From: a virus
Strand: one strand, 5' to 3'
DNA: 44,355 bases
Virus record (IMG/VR): IMGVR_UViG_3300010266_000001
Span: 1 to 44,355 of that record
The notes beneath the pieces were generated by a model that was not told where the DNA came from, searched no databases, and saw only the letters and a list, made by a program, of their open reading frames with translations. Position 1 is the stretch's first letter. Every line of letters starts with the position of its first letter. The position numbers and the translations under genes are program-made. This document shows positions 30,860-40,811 of the stretch, one piece after another.

Positions 30860-31779
30860 TGGCAAACACTTGCTACGATAACTTTTTCCTGTCCAACGAA
30901 ATTGAAGATCAGTATCAGAGCCACCTTGATCTTCAGCAGTTTTGCACCATCGACAACAACCTGACCGGTGTTGCCGGTATGCTTCGCAAGATTCATAAGT
31001 ACAAGGCCACCGATGGCACCGAGAAGCTGGCTATGGGCGCTGGCAACAGCAAGACCATTGAAGCCGGTTACACCGAAAAGGAATACCGGATTCTGATGGC
31101 ACAGAACCGCTTCCAGTATTATGACGAGGAAGCCATGACTGATCCTATGGTGATCACCACCGGCACCCGTCACGCTGGCACCGATATGTTCAACACCGTC
31201 AACGCTGACATTTTCGCCGCTTTCAATGAAGCCACCATGACCATTGTGACCACCGCCCTTGGCTTTGATGCCTTTGTGGATGGTGCGGCCATGCTGAATC
31301 TGGAAAACCTTGAAGGCGTGTCCATCTTCGGTTTCGTCAATCCCGCTGATATGGCGAAACTTCGCAAGGCCCTGAAGGATGATCTGAAGTATGTGGAATC
31401 CTTCGCCAAGCAGGGCTATGTTGGCACCGTGGGTGGTATCAACATCTACACCAAGAAGAACGCCGAAACTGGCAAGGTGGTTATTGCCACCAAGGAAGCT
31501 GTCACCCTGTTCAATAAGAAGGGTACCGAGGTTGAACAGGAGCGTGAAGGCAACATCCGCCGCAACACGGTTTATTCCCGTAAGTATTACCTTGCGGCCA
31601 TGACCAATGAAGCCAAGGCGGTGAAGATCATCACCGGTTCCGCCGCTGTCACGACTGATGAAACCGTTACCAGTTCCAAGACCTACTATGCCGCTTCTGG
31701 CGTGGGCTATGTCAAGGTAACGCCCGCTGGTGACGAAAATCCCAAAACCAAGGGTTGGTACGAAATCACGGCGGCGTAA
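30859..31779 (+). CDS. Major capsid protein
   Basis: TAATG overlap with the scaffold gene. 306 aa. Position, size and the C-terminal ...RNTVYSRKYYLAAMTNEAKAVKI fit capsid proteins of this phage type. Confidence 0.8.
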   Translation: MANTCYDNFFLSNEIEDQYQSHLDLQQFCTIDNNLTGVAGMLRKIHKYKATDGTEKLAMGAGNSKTIEAGYTEKEYRILMAQNRFQYYDEEAMTDPMVITTGTRHAGTDMFNTVNADIFAAFNEATMTIVTTALGFDAFVDGAAMLNLENLEGVSIFGFVNPADMAKLRKALKDDLKYVESFAKQGYVGTVGGINIYTKKNAETGKVVIATKEAVTLFNKKGTEVEQEREGNIRRNTVYSRKYYLAAMTNEAKAVKIITGSAAVTTDETVTSSKTYYAASGVGYVKVTPAGDENPKTKGWYEITAA

Positions 31780-31797
31780 GGAAGGCGGTGATCCCCG

Positions 31798-32178
31798 TTG
31801 CGTGATAAGGTAGTTGAAGTTCTAACGGCCCTTGGCGTGGCGGGGGCCGCTGATGATCCGTTGCTGGATATTGTTCTTAACAATGTTCAGTGGCGGATCA
31901 AAAATCTTTCCAACCTTTCTGAAATCCCGAAAGGGTTGGAAAGTCTGGCCGTTTCTATGGCCGTGGGTGAATACCTGAACATGAAGAAGTGTTCTGGACA
32001 GCTTGAAGGGTTTGATTTGGATGCGGCGGTGAAATCCCTTCAGGAAGGTGATACCAATGTTACCTTTGCCGTTGGTGAAGGAAGTTCAACCCCTGAACAA
32101 AGGTTGAACAGCCTGATTGATTATCTGATCAACGGGCGCATTGGTGAAATCTATCGTTATAGGCGGCTGGTATGGTAA
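31798..32178 (+). CDS. Head-tail connector (gp6-like) protein
   Basis: TTG start with RBS aaggaagg. 126 aa. The call rests on position after the capsid gene and on ...DDPLLDIVLNNVQWRIKN... Confidence 0.55.
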   Translation: MRDKVVEVLTALGVAGAADDPLLDIVLNNVQWRIKNLSNLSEIPKGLESLAVSMAVGEYLNMKKCSGQLEGFDLDAAVKSLQEGDTNVTFAVGEGSSTPEQRLNSLIDYLINGRIGEIYRYRRLVW

Positions 32179-32543
32179 ACAAAGCCGTAAGAACCGCCTT
32201 GGAACGGTTGTGGCAGGATCGGTGTTCTATCTTCATTCAAGAGGAAGTCACCGATCCTGACACACACCTGACTGACTTTCAGGAAACGCCGCTTCTGAAG
32301 GATCAGCCGTGCAAGCTGTCTTTTGAAACATTATCTTCAACGGACGGGGATGAAGTGGCAACCATTCAACAGGTGGTAAAGCTGTTCATTTCCCCGGATG
32401 TGAAAATCCCCGCTGGTTGTAAAATCGTGATCACCCGGCCAAACGAAACGGAACGAACCTTCACCTACACCCGATCCGGTGAACCGGGGGTGTTTTCCAA
32501 CCATCAAGAAATCATGCTTGAACCTTTCCGGGGGTGGGCCTGA
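32172..32543 (+). CDS. Head closure / head-tail joining protein
   Basis: Overlapping start. 123 aa. The call rests on synteny. Confidence 0.5.
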   Translation: MVNKAVRTALERLWQDRCSIFIQEEVTDPDTHLTDFQETPLLKDQPCKLSFETLSSTDGDEVATIQQVVKLFISPDVKIPAGCKIVITRPNETERTFTYTRSGEPGVFSNHQEIMLEPFRGWA

Positions 32544-33097
32544 TGGGAAGATGGGGCCGGTGTGATTACCGGGAATTGAAGGAATTGGATGAACGCCTTC
32601 AACAGCTTTCGGAAGCTGACATGGATCAGCTTTGCAGACAAGCCGCCAATCAGGTTGCTCAAATCCTTCTGAACAAGGTGAAGAAAAGAACCCCGGTTGG
32701 CGTAAAGCCCACCTTTGATGAACCCAAAACCGTGAAGGTGAAGGGCGCAAGCGGGAAAAGCAAATCTTTCCTTACCCGTTCCGGTGCCATTCTGGATCGG
32801 TATTGGGCCGGTTATCGGGGTGGTTCGTTGCGGGATGCGTGGATGATCCTTCCAGTTGAAAAACACGGTGATATGTATGAAATCACCGTGGTCAACAACT
32901 TGGATTATGCGTCCTATGTGGAGTACGGCCACCGGCAAACGCCGGGGCGCTATGTTCCAGCTTTGGGCAAGAGCCTGAAGGTCAGTTGGGTAAAGGGCCG
33001 GTTTATGCTGACCATTTCCGAACAGGAAGTGAAGGTGCTGGCCCCGGAAGTTCTGAATGATATGTTGTATAACGCTTTGAAGGGGGTGTTCGGTTGA
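32543..33097 (+). CDS. HK97 gp10-like tail-completion/neck protein
   Basis: TGATG overlap with the preceding gene. ...NKVKKRTPVG...GGSLRDAW...NNLDYASYVEYGH. Confidence 0.65.
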   Translation: MGRWGRCDYRELKELDERLQQLSEADMDQLCRQAANQVAQILLNKVKKRTPVGVKPTFDEPKTVKVKGASGKSKSFLTRSGAILDRYWAGYRGGSLRDAWMILPVEKHGDMYEITVVNNLDYASYVEYGHRQTPGRYVPALGKSLKVSWVKGRFMLTISEQEVKVLAPEVLNDMLYNALKGVFG

Positions 33098-33522
33098 TCA
33101 ATGAAATCATCAAAGGTGTTTCAATCAAACTGAACACCGCCTTTGAAGGGAAGTACAAAATCTATCAGAATGATGTGGAACAAGGGTTTACCATCCCTTG
33201 TTTTTTCATTTCCGCCCTGAAGCCTGACATTTCCCCTTTGCTGAAAAACCGGTATATGAACCGAAACCCGTTGGATGTTCATTATTTCCCCACCAGCGGA
33301 CGGAACAACGCCGAAATGTTCACAATGGCCGGGGATTTGATGGAATGTTTGGAGTTCATCACCCTTCCCAATGGGGATGTGCTTCACGGAACTTCCATGA
33401 GTTATGAAGTGGAAGATGGGGTTCTTCATTTCTTCGTGAACTACAATCTGACACTTCGCAGAGAAACCGAGGAAACCGCAATGGAAACCTTGGAAACTAC
33501 TGTGGAGCCAAAGAAAGGGTGA
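33094..33522 (+). CDS. Putative tail terminator / neck protein
   Basis: TTG start overlapping the previous stop. 142 aa. The call rests on synteny upstream of the sheath gene. Confidence 0.45.
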   Translation: MINEIIKGVSIKLNTAFEGKYKIYQNDVEQGFTIPCFFISALKPDISPLLKNRYMNRNPLDVHYFPTSGRNNAEMFTMAGDLMECLEFITLPNGDVLHGTSMSYEVEDGVLHFFVNYNLTLRRETEETAMETLETTVEPKKG

Positions 33523-33526
33523 TTGA

Positions 33527-33727
33527 ATGGCTACCAAAAAGAAAACCACCACGCAGGAACCGACCATCACGGCTCCGGTGGTATTCCCCAAGGAACGAGT
33601 GTTGACCTTCAAGCGTTACGCTGAAAGGCGTGATCTTCTGTCTATCCTGTTGGAAGATGGGAAGGAATACACCTTCGATCAGATTGATGGGCTGATCAAT
33701 GACTTTATGAAAGGTAAGGTGAACTAA
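33527..33727 (+). CDS. Small hypothetical structural-module protein
   Basis: 66 aa, tightly packed between the neck and sheath genes. Confidence 0.55.
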   Translation: MATKKKTTTQEPTITAPVVFPKERVLTFKRYAERRDLLSILLEDGKEYTFDQIDGLINDFMKGKVN

Positions 33728-33728
33728 T

Positions 33729-35045
33729 ATGGCCCTTGGCGGCGGCACCTTCTTGGTGCAGAACAAGGTTCTGCCCGGTGCATATATCAACTTCATTTCC
33801 GTGGCGCAGGCAAGCGCCACCCTTTCTGACCGTGGCATTGTCACCATCCCCCTTGCCATGAATTGGGGGCCTGAAGGCAAGATTTTCACGGTGGAACAGG
33901 CTGACTTCATCAAGAACAGTCAGAAAATCTTTGGCTATGCGTACACGGCGGATGAACTGAAGCCTATGCGTGAAATCTTCCTTCACGCCAAAACGGTTCA
34001 TTTCTTCCGCCTTGGCACCAGCGGCGTGAAAGCGTCCAACACCTTTGCAACGGCCAAATACCCCGGCACCCGTGGTAATGATCTTCGTACCGTTATCACG
34101 GCCAATGAGAACACCAGCGAAACCAAGGCCCTGTTCGATGTGGCAACCTTCTTGGGAACCGTTCAGGTTGATCTTCAGGAAGGCGTGGCCGCAATCACCG
34201 ACCTGAAGGCCAATGATTATGTGGATTGGAAGTCCAGCGGAACCCTTTCCCTGACCGCTTCCTTGCCCCTGACCAACGGCACCAATGGCACGGTGGCGGA
34301 TGCGGATTATCAGACCTATTTGGATCAGGCGGAAGCCTACACCTTCAATGCTATGGGTTGTACGGAAAGCAAGGCCACCATTACGGCCCTGTTCGCCGCT
34401 TTCGCAAAGCGTATGCGTGACGATGTGGGCAAGAAGTTTCAGGTGGTGCTTTTCCGCAAGCTGGCCGATTATGAAGGCGTTGTGAGCGTGAAAAACGGCC
34501 TGACTTCCGACAAAACTTCCACCGCCCTGATCCCTTGGGTTACGGGCGTTATTGGCGGTACGGCGGTCAATAAGAGCGCAACCAACATGGCCTATGATGG
34601 TGAATACGATGTGGACACCGATTTCACGCAGACACAGCTTGAAAACGGTATCAAGGAAGGTTCCTTCATGTTCCATCGTGTGGATGAAGCGGTTTGTGTC
34701 CTGACGGATATTAACAGCTTCATTTCCATCACGGATGAAAAGTCCAGCGATTTTTCCAGCAACCAGACCATCCGAGTTCTGGATCAGATCGCCAATGATA
34801 TTGCCGTCCTGTTCGGCAAGAAGTATCTTGGCAAGGTTCCCAATGATGCCGCTGGCCGAATTTCCCTTTGGAACGATATTGTGAAGCACCACACGGAACT
34901 TCAGGATATTCGGGCCATTGAGAACTTCAGCGGCGAAAATGTGACGGTTGAAAAGGGCGATACCAAGAAATCCGTGGTGGTTACTGACTATGTAACCCCC
35001 GTGAACGCTATGGAACAGCTTTATATGACCGTCTATGTCCAGTAA
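33729..35045 (+). CDS. Contractile tail sheath protein (XkdK-like)
   Basis: 438 aa. The N-terminal MALGGGTFLVQNKVLPGAYINFISV is typical of PBSX-type sheath proteins. Followed by tube and chaperone genes. Confidence 0.9.
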   Translation: MALGGGTFLVQNKVLPGAYINFISVAQASATLSDRGIVTIPLAMNWGPEGKIFTVEQADFIKNSQKIFGYAYTADELKPMREIFLHAKTVHFFRLGTSGVKASNTFATAKYPGTRGNDLRTVITANENTSETKALFDVATFLGTVQVDLQEGVAAITDLKANDYVDWKSSGTLSLTASLPLTNGTNGTVADADYQTYLDQAEAYTFNAMGCTESKATITALFAAFAKRMRDDVGKKFQVVLFRKLADYEGVVSVKNGLTSDKTSTALIPWVTGVIGGTAVNKSATNMAYDGEYDVDTDFTQTQLENGIKEGSFMFHRVDEAVCVLTDINSFISITDEKSSDFSSNQTIRVLDQIANDIAVLFGKKYLGKVPNDAAGRISLWNDIVKHHTELQDIRAIENFSGENVTVEKGDTKKSVVVTDYVTPVNAMEQLYMTVYVQ

Positions 35046-35059
35046 GGAGGTAACACAGC

Positions 35060-35533
35060 ATGGATAGAACCATTATGAACGCCAAGGATGCTGTTTCCGC
35101 TTCCTTGGCTGAATGTTTCGTGACCATTGAGGATAACCGTTATAACTTCATGCAGGCTATCAACCTTGAAGCCAATTTCGAGAAGAACAAAACGGAAGTT
35201 CCCATTTTGGGCAAGACCGGCAAGGGCAATAAGGCCACCGGCTGGAAGGGTACGGGTTCCGCAACCTTCCACTATAACACTTCCATCTTCCGTGAGCTGA
35301 TGAAGCGTTATAAGGACACCGGCGAGGATGTCTATTTTGACATTCAGGTGACAAATGAAGATCCCACTTCTTCTGTGGGCCGTCAGACCGTGATCCTGAA
35401 GGATTGCAACATGGATGGCGGCTTGCTTGCCAAGTTTGATGCTGATGCGGAATACTTGGATGAAGATATGGATTTCACCTTTGAAGATTTCGAGTTGCCC
35501 GAAACCTTCAGCCTTCTGGCCGGTATGCAGTAA
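35060..35533 (+). CDS. Tail tube protein (XkdM-like)
   Basis: RBS aaggagg. 157 aa. ...ECFVTIEDNRYNFMQAINLEANFEKNKTEVPILGKTGKGNKATGWKGTGSATFHYN... Confidence 0.85.
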   Translation: MDRTIMNAKDAVSASLAECFVTIEDNRYNFMQAINLEANFEKNKTEVPILGKTGKGNKATGWKGTGSATFHYNTSIFRELMKRYKDTGEDVYFDIQVTNEDPTSSVGRQTVILKDCNMDGGLLAKFDADAEYLDEDMDFTFEDFELPETFSLLAGMQ

Positions 35534-35539
35534 GCACAA

Positions 35540-35577
35540 GCCCTGGCCTTACTTCGGTATGGGCCGGGGCCTTTTTT
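35540..35577 (+). terminator. Hairpin plus T-run after the tube gene (attenuating terminator)
   Basis: gccctggcc / ggccggggc stem followed by cttttttc. Confidence 0.55.
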
Positions 35578-35605
35578 CTTATCAAAAATATAGGAGGAAA
35601 TTTAT

Positions 35606-36031
35606 ATGAGCCTGTCCGCTTTTCTGGCTGAAAACGCCATTCCCGTTGAGAACATCAAGTTTGTTGTTTCCAAGCGTTTCTTGGGTGAGGATGGGAACCC
35701 CATTCCTTGGGAGATCAAGACCATCACCGGCACCGAGGATGAAGCCCTTCGGAAGTCCTGTGCCAAGCGTGTTCCCGTTCCCGGCAAGAAGAATCAGTAT
35801 CAGAAGGAAACTGATTATGACCTGTACCTTGGCAAGTTGGCCGTGGCTTGTACCGTGTTCCCCAATCTGAACGATAAGGAACTTCAGGACAGCTACCATG
35901 TTATGGGTGCGGATGCCCTTCTGAAAACCATGCTGACACCCGGCGAATATGCCGAATACCTGACCAAAATTCAGGAAGTGTGTGGTTTTGATACCACCAT
36001 GCAGGATGAGGTTGATGAAGCAAAAAACTGA
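35606..36031 (+). CDS. Tail assembly chaperone (XkdN-like), zero-frame product
   Basis: RBS aggagg. MSLSAFLAENAIPVENIKFVVSKRFLGEDGNPIPWEIKTITG... Ends ...DEAKN-TGA directly after the slippery run A_AAA_AAC. Confidence 0.85.
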   Translation: MSLSAFLAENAIPVENIKFVVSKRFLGEDGNPIPWEIKTITGTEDEALRKSCAKRVPVPGKKNQYQKETDYDLYLGKLAVACTVFPNLNDKELQDSYHVMGADALLKTMLTPGEYAEYLTKIQEVCGFDTTMQDEVDEAKN

Positions 36032-36225
36032 TTTGTGAAGGTGATGGAGAAGCAAACATTGCTTACTATTGCCTTCACGAATTTCATTTGACACCTTCCG
36101 CCTTCTACGCTTTGCCCCGCCGTGAACGGGCCTTCATCATTGCGGCCATTGATGTTCGGGTGGAAGCTGAAAAGAAGAAGCAGAAGGAAATTGAACGCAA
36201 ACAGCGCCGGGGCCGTCACCATTAA
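36022..36225 (+). CDS. -1 frameshift extension of the tail assembly chaperone (slip at A AAA AAC 36022-36028; -1 frame runs to TAA 36223-36225)
   Basis: The -1 frame is open for 65 codons: LICEGDGEANIAYYCLHEFHLTPSAFYALPRRERAFIIAAIDVRVEAEKKKQKEIERKQRRGRHH*. There is no independent start or RBS. The position between chaperone and tape measure matches the conserved G/GT arrangement. Confidence 0.6.
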   Translation, partial: KKLICEGDGEANIAYYCLHEFHLTPSAFYALPRRERAFIIAAIDVRVEAEKKKQKEIERKQRRGRHH

Positions 36226-36252
36226 GGCCCCGGCTTCCATTTTCCAAGAAAG

Positions 36253-38388
36253 GTGGTGATCCCTGTGGGAACAATCCGAACCGCTATTGCCCTTTATGAT
36301 GGCGTAACCAGCCCCCTTCAGAGTATGCACAAGGCTATGGGCATTGTCCTGAATACCTTTGAATCTATGCAACAGGCTTCCGGTAAGGCCGTTGACACGG
36401 CGGCAATCCGGGAAGCCCGTGAAGAATGGGCAAAAGCGGGAACCGCCTTTGATTCCATTGAAGAAAATATCAGGAAGGCCAATAACGAACAGCAGAAGTT
36501 CAACAATTCCATCCACGGTGGAAACAACGCCGCCAATGGCCTTCTGTCCACCATCAAGAAAGTTGCTGTTGCCGCTGGTGGTATCGCCGGGATCAATAAG
36601 GTGCTGAATATTTCGGATGAATTGGCAAGCACCAAGGCCCGGTTGAATTTGCTGGTGGATGATGGCGGTTCCGTGGAAGAACTGGAAAAGAAGATTATGG
36701 CTTCCGCCCAGCGTTCCCGATCCGCTTACTTTGATACCGCTTCCGCCGTTGCCAAACTTGGCCTGAACGCCGGTAACGCCTTTGATGGCAATATGGATCA
36801 GGTCATTGCCTTTATGGAACAGGTGAACAAACAGTTCGTTATTGGCGGTGCTACGGCCCAAGAGCAGAGCAACGCCATGATCCAGTTGACACAGGCAATG
36901 GCGGCGGGTGCGCTTCGTGGTGAAGAACTAAATTCCATTCTGGATGGTGCGCCGGGTATCGCAAGAGCCATTGAAAAATATATGGGCATTGCGGAAGGTT
37001 CCATCAAGTCTGTTGCACAGGAAGGCAAGGTAACGGCTGAAGTGGTGAAGAACGCCATGTTTGCTATGGCGGACGAAACCAACGCAAAGTTCGATTCCAT
37101 GCCCAAGACTTGGGCGCAGATTTGGGCCGGGATGAAGAATCAGGCCCTTTCCATGTTCGCCCCGATCCTGACCAAAATCAATCAAATTGCCAACAGTTCC
37201 AAGTTCCAGCAAGTGACCACGGCCCTGATCAACGGCCTTGCCGGGGTTGCCAATATCGCTTCTTCGGTGCTGGATATTCTGATTTCCATTGCTTCCGTGG
37301 TGGTGGATAATTGGTCACTTCTTGCCCCAATCATCGGAGGTGTAGCGGCGGCATTGTTGCTTTATAACGGGTATTTAATCGCCAACAATGTGATTACCGG
37401 TGTTAATAATACCTTAAAGGGTATTGCCGCTGTTCAGGCTTACAAAGCCGCCGCCGCAAATACAACCCTTGCCGCTACGGAACAGGCAGAAGCAATGGCA
37501 AAGGCAAGCGCCACAGCCGCACAGTATGGGTTCAATGCCGCTTTGTTGGCTTGCCCGTTGACTTGGATTTTGCTGACCATCATTGCTGTGATTGCCGCTA
37601 TCTATCTTGCGGTTGCGGCAATCAATAAGTTCAAGGGAACCACAATTTCCGCAACTGGTATTATTGCCGGTGCTTTTGCGGTGCTTGGTGCCTTCTTGAT
37701 CAATACTTTTATCGTACCGGCACAAAATCATTTTGCCACCTTTGCAAACTTTATTGGGAATGTGTTCAACAACCCGATTGCCGCTGTTGAAGTGGCCTTT
37801 TATGATATGTGCCTGACGGTGTTGGGGTATATCTCCAAGCTGGCCCACGCCATTGAAAACCTTCTGAACAAGATTCCCGGCGTGACTGTTGATATTACAA
37901 GCGGCCTTGATAACTTCTACGCTGGTATTGAGGAAGCCCAGCAGAAAGTTAAGGATGAATCCGGTTGGGTGGAATATGTCAAGAAGATGGATTTCATTGA
38001 TTATTCCGATGCCGCTTCCGCTGGATATAAGTTCGGTGAAGGTATTGCCGATAAGGTTTCCGGGATGTTTGATTTTTCCGCTATGGATTCCATGGGAGCC
38101 TTTGACATGGGCAACACCCTTGATGGTATCTATGGAAATACTGGTGATACCGCCGCCAACACAGCGGCTACGGCTGATAAGCTGGATGCAACGGAAGGAG
38201 ATTTGAAGTATCTTCGTGACATTGCGGAGCGGGAAGCAATCAACCGGTTCACCACCGCTGAAGTCAAGGTTGAACAGACCAACAACAACTATATTTCCGG
38301 TGACACCGATCTTGATGGGATTATGGATGCTTGGGCCAATGATTTTGCTGAAAAGCTGGATGTTTCCGAGGAAGGGGTGCATGAGTAA
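36253..38388 (+). CDS. Tail tape measure protein (start may be GTG 36265)
   Basis: 711 aa. Ala/Gly-rich with central TM-like segments (LLAPIIGGVAAALLLY and LTWILLTIIAVIAAIYLAVAAI). Position after the chaperone. Confidence 0.9.
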   Translation: MVIPVGTIRTAIALYDGVTSPLQSMHKAMGIVLNTFESMQQASGKAVDTAAIREAREEWAKAGTAFDSIEENIRKANNEQQKFNNSIHGGNNAANGLLSTIKKVAVAAGGIAGINKVLNISDELASTKARLNLLVDDGGSVEELEKKIMASAQRSRSAYFDTASAVAKLGLNAGNAFDGNMDQVIAFMEQVNKQFVIGGATAQEQSNAMIQLTQAMAAGALRGEELNSILDGAPGIARAIEKYMGIAEGSIKSVAQEGKVTAEVVKNAMFAMADETNAKFDSMPKTWAQIWAGMKNQALSMFAPILTKINQIANSSKFQQVTTALINGLAGVANIASSVLDILISIASVVVDNWSLLAPIIGGVAAALLLYNGYLIANNVITGVNNTLKGIAAVQAYKAAAANTTLAATEQAEAMAKASATAAQYGFNAALLACPLTWILLTIIAVIAAIYLAVAAINKFKGTTISATGIIAGAFAVLGAFLINTFIVPAQNHFATFANFIGNVFNNPIAAVEVAFYDMCLTVLGYISKLAHAIENLLNKIPGVTVDITSGLDNFYAGIEEAQQKVKDESGWVEYVKKMDFIDYSDAASAGYKFGEGIADKVSGMFDFSAMDSMGAFDMGNTLDGIYGNTGDTAANTAATADKLDATEGDLKYLRDIAEREAINRFTTAEVKVEQTNNNYISGDTDLDGIMDAWANDFAEKLDVSEEGVHE

Positions 38389-39059
38389 TGGCGTACAAGA
38401 TGTATATTTCCGGTGTGCTTATGCCCATCACCCCTTCCAAGGTGACAGTCAAGATCAACAACCAGAACAAGACCATGACCTTGATCAATGGGGAAGAAAT
38501 CAACATTCTGAAGGCCGCTGGCCTGTCTGATGTGTCTTTTGAACTGTTGCTTCCCCAAGTGTCCTATCCCTTCACCAATGGTGGAGCGCAGACCGCCGCC
38601 TATTACCTTTCCCTGTTTGAAAGGCTGAAGGTGAGCAAATCCCCGTTTCAATTTATCCTGAACCGGCAGAAGCCCGGTGGCGGGATGTACCACTTCACCA
38701 ACCTGACCGTGGGGCTTGAAACCTATGAAATTGTTGATGATGTGGATGAAGGCTTTGATGTAAAGGTGAAAGTGAACCTGAAGCAGTACAGAGCCTATGG
38801 AACAAAAACCGTTACCATCAAACCCGCCGCCACTTCCGGGGCCACTTCCACGGCTACGGTTCAGGCGGCACCGAGGGCAACCACCAGCGCCCCGAAAGCG
38901 GCCACCTACACGGTGAAGGCCGGGGATTGCCTTTGGAACATTGCCAAAAAGCAGTTGGGCAACGGAGCCGATTACACGAAAATCTATAATTTGAACAAAG
39001 ACAAGATCAAGAACCCGAACCTGATTTATCCCGGTCAGGTTCTTACCTTGCCTTCCTGA
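38388..39059 (+). CDS. LysM-domain tail/baseplate protein (XkdP-like)
   Basis: C-terminal LysM: YTVKAGDCLWNIAKKQLGNGADYTKIYNLNKDKIKNPNLIYPGQVLTLP. Confidence 0.85.
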   Translation: MAYKMYISGVLMPITPSKVTVKINNQNKTMTLINGEEINILKAAGLSDVSFELLLPQVSYPFTNGGAQTAAYYLSLFERLKVSKSPFQFILNRQKPGGGMYHFTNLTVGLETYEIVDDVDEGFDVKVKVNLKQYRAYGTKTVTIKPAATSGATSTATVQAAPRATTSAPKAATYTVKAGDCLWNIAKKQLGNGADYTKIYNLNKDKIKNPNLIYPGQVLTLPS

Positions 39060-39074
39060 AAGGGGTGATTCCGT

Positions 39075-40034
39075 TTGGCAGTTGAATTGTTCATCCAGCA
39101 TAACAGCACCATTCAATTCCCCGTTGTCGAGGAAGGCGCACGGCTGACCTTGGAACGCAAGGGAACCCCCGGAAAACTGGAATTTACCGTGGTAAAGGGG
39201 CCGGGGCTGAACTTTGCTGAAGGTGATCCGGTGAAGCTGACTGTGAACGGAACCGCCATGTTCTATGGCTTTGTGTTCAAGAAAAAGCGTGATAAAGGCG
39301 GCACAATCAGCGTGACCGCCTATGATCAGCTTCGTTACCTGAAGAACAAGGACACCATCACAGAAGAAGGGCTGAAGGCTTCCGACCTTCTGAAGCGGCT
39401 TGCAACTGATTTCCGGTTGAACCTTGGCACGGTGGAAGATACCGGCTATACCCTTGAAACCATCGTGGAAGAAAACCAAACCCTGTTTGATATGATTCAG
39501 AACGCCCTTGATGAAACCCTGATGAATACCAAACAGCTTTATGTTTTGTACGATGATGCCGGGAAACTGACCTTGAAGAACATCAATTCTATGAAGCTGA
39601 ACCTTCTGATTGATGAAGAAACCGGCGAAAACTTCAGCTATGAATCCAGCATTGATGAACAGACCTACAACAAAATCAAACTGGCCTATAACAATGAAAA
39701 AACCGGCAAGCGGGAATTGTTCATTGCACAGGACGGGGAGAAAATGAACCAATGGGGTGTTCTTCAATATTTTGAGGAAGTGCAGACACAAACCGGCGCT
39801 TCCGCCAAGGCGGATGCCCTGTTGAAACTGTATGATCAGAAAACCCGCAAGCTGACAATTCAGAACGCCTTCGGAGATGTGCGGGTTCGTGCTGGAAGCG
39901 CCGTGGTGGTTGCCTTGAACCTTGGCGATATTGTCACCAACAATTACATGGTGGTGAACAAAGTCACCCACACATTCAGGGGCGATGAACACATGATGGA
40001 ACTTGACCTGATCGGGGGTGAATTTGTTGCCTAA
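39075..40034 (+). CDS. Baseplate hub-like protein (XkdQ/YqbQ-like)
   Basis: TTG start with RBS aaagggg. 319 aa. ...GTPGKLEFTVVKG...VTAYDQLRYLKNKD... Confidence 0.75.
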   Translation: MAVELFIQHNSTIQFPVVEEGARLTLERKGTPGKLEFTVVKGPGLNFAEGDPVKLTVNGTAMFYGFVFKKKRDKGGTISVTAYDQLRYLKNKDTITEEGLKASDLLKRLATDFRLNLGTVEDTGYTLETIVEENQTLFDMIQNALDETLMNTKQLYVLYDDAGKLTLKNINSMKLNLLIDEETGENFSYESSIDEQTYNKIKLAYNNEKTGKRELFIAQDGEKMNQWGVLQYFEEVQTQTGASAKADALLKLYDQKTRKLTIQNAFGDVRVRAGSAVVVALNLGDIVTNNYMVVNKVTHTFRGDEHMMELDLIGGEFVA

Positions 40035-40407
40035 TCCTGTTGAAGTTGTGAAACGGGCGGCGGTGGAAGCTGTGGAAGCCGGAAAGCCGGTGAACATCCT
40101 GTTTGGAACTGTCCTTTCCGCTTCACCCTTGAAAATTCAGGTGGATCAGAAATCCATCTACACTTCTAAAATGCTGATCCTGACCCGGAATGTGACTGAT
40201 TTTGAAGTTGATATGACGGTAAACCACACCACCGAGGACAAGGGCGGCGGTTCTGGTGCGGCGGCGTATGAAGCCCACAAACACGCCTATGTTGGCAAGA
40301 AAACCTTCAAGGTTCACAACGCTTTGAAGGCCGGTGAAAAGGTGCTTCTGATCCGGGTTCAGCAAGGAAAGAAATTCGTGGTCATTGACCGAGTAAAGGG
40401 GGCTTGA
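40018..40407 (+). CDS. Baseplate spike-like protein (XkdR / DUF2577-like)
   Basis: 129 aa. ...VNILFGTVLSASPLKIQVDQKSIYTSKMLILTRNVTDFEVDM... Confidence 0.65.
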   Translation: MNLLPNPVEVVKRAAVEAVEAGKPVNILFGTVLSASPLKIQVDQKSIYTSKMLILTRNVTDFEVDMTVNHTTEDKGGGSGAAAYEAHKHAYVGKKTFKVHNALKAGEKVLLIRVQQGKKFVVIDRVKGA

Positions 40408-40811
40408 TGATGATTCCGCAAGTGCAGGATGATATTAAACAGGATTTCACCATTGAAACCCTTCCAAGCCGTACTTTCAGGATGAACCACGATAACCTGA
40501 CCATCATCGGCACCATTGATGAAATCCAAGCCGTGGAACAGGCGGTTTTCCTGATCCTGAACACGGAACGCTATGAATGGTTGATCCATTCTTGGGATTA
40601 TGGGGTTGAACTTCATAATCTGATCGGAAAAGATGTGGAATATTGTATTCCCGAAATTGAACGCCGGGTTCGTGAAGCCTTGCTTCAGGATGATAGGATC
40701 ACGGCGGTTCAGAACTTTGAATTTACGGTGAACAAAAAGAAAGTGCTGACTACCTTCACGGTGGTCAGCATTTTTGGTGAAATCAATGCAGAATTGGGGG
40801 TTGAAATCTGA
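40407..40811 (+). CDS. Baseplate wedge protein (XkdS / gp25-like)
   Basis: TGATG overlap with the preceding gene. 134 aa. ...AVEQAVFLILNTERYEWLIHSWDYGVEL... Confidence 0.7.
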   Translation: MMIPQVQDDIKQDFTIETLPSRTFRMNHDNLTIIGTIDEIQAVEQAVFLILNTERYEWLIHSWDYGVELHNLIGKDVEYCIPEIERRVREALLQDDRITAVQNFEFTVNKKKVLTTFTVVSIFGEINAELGVEI

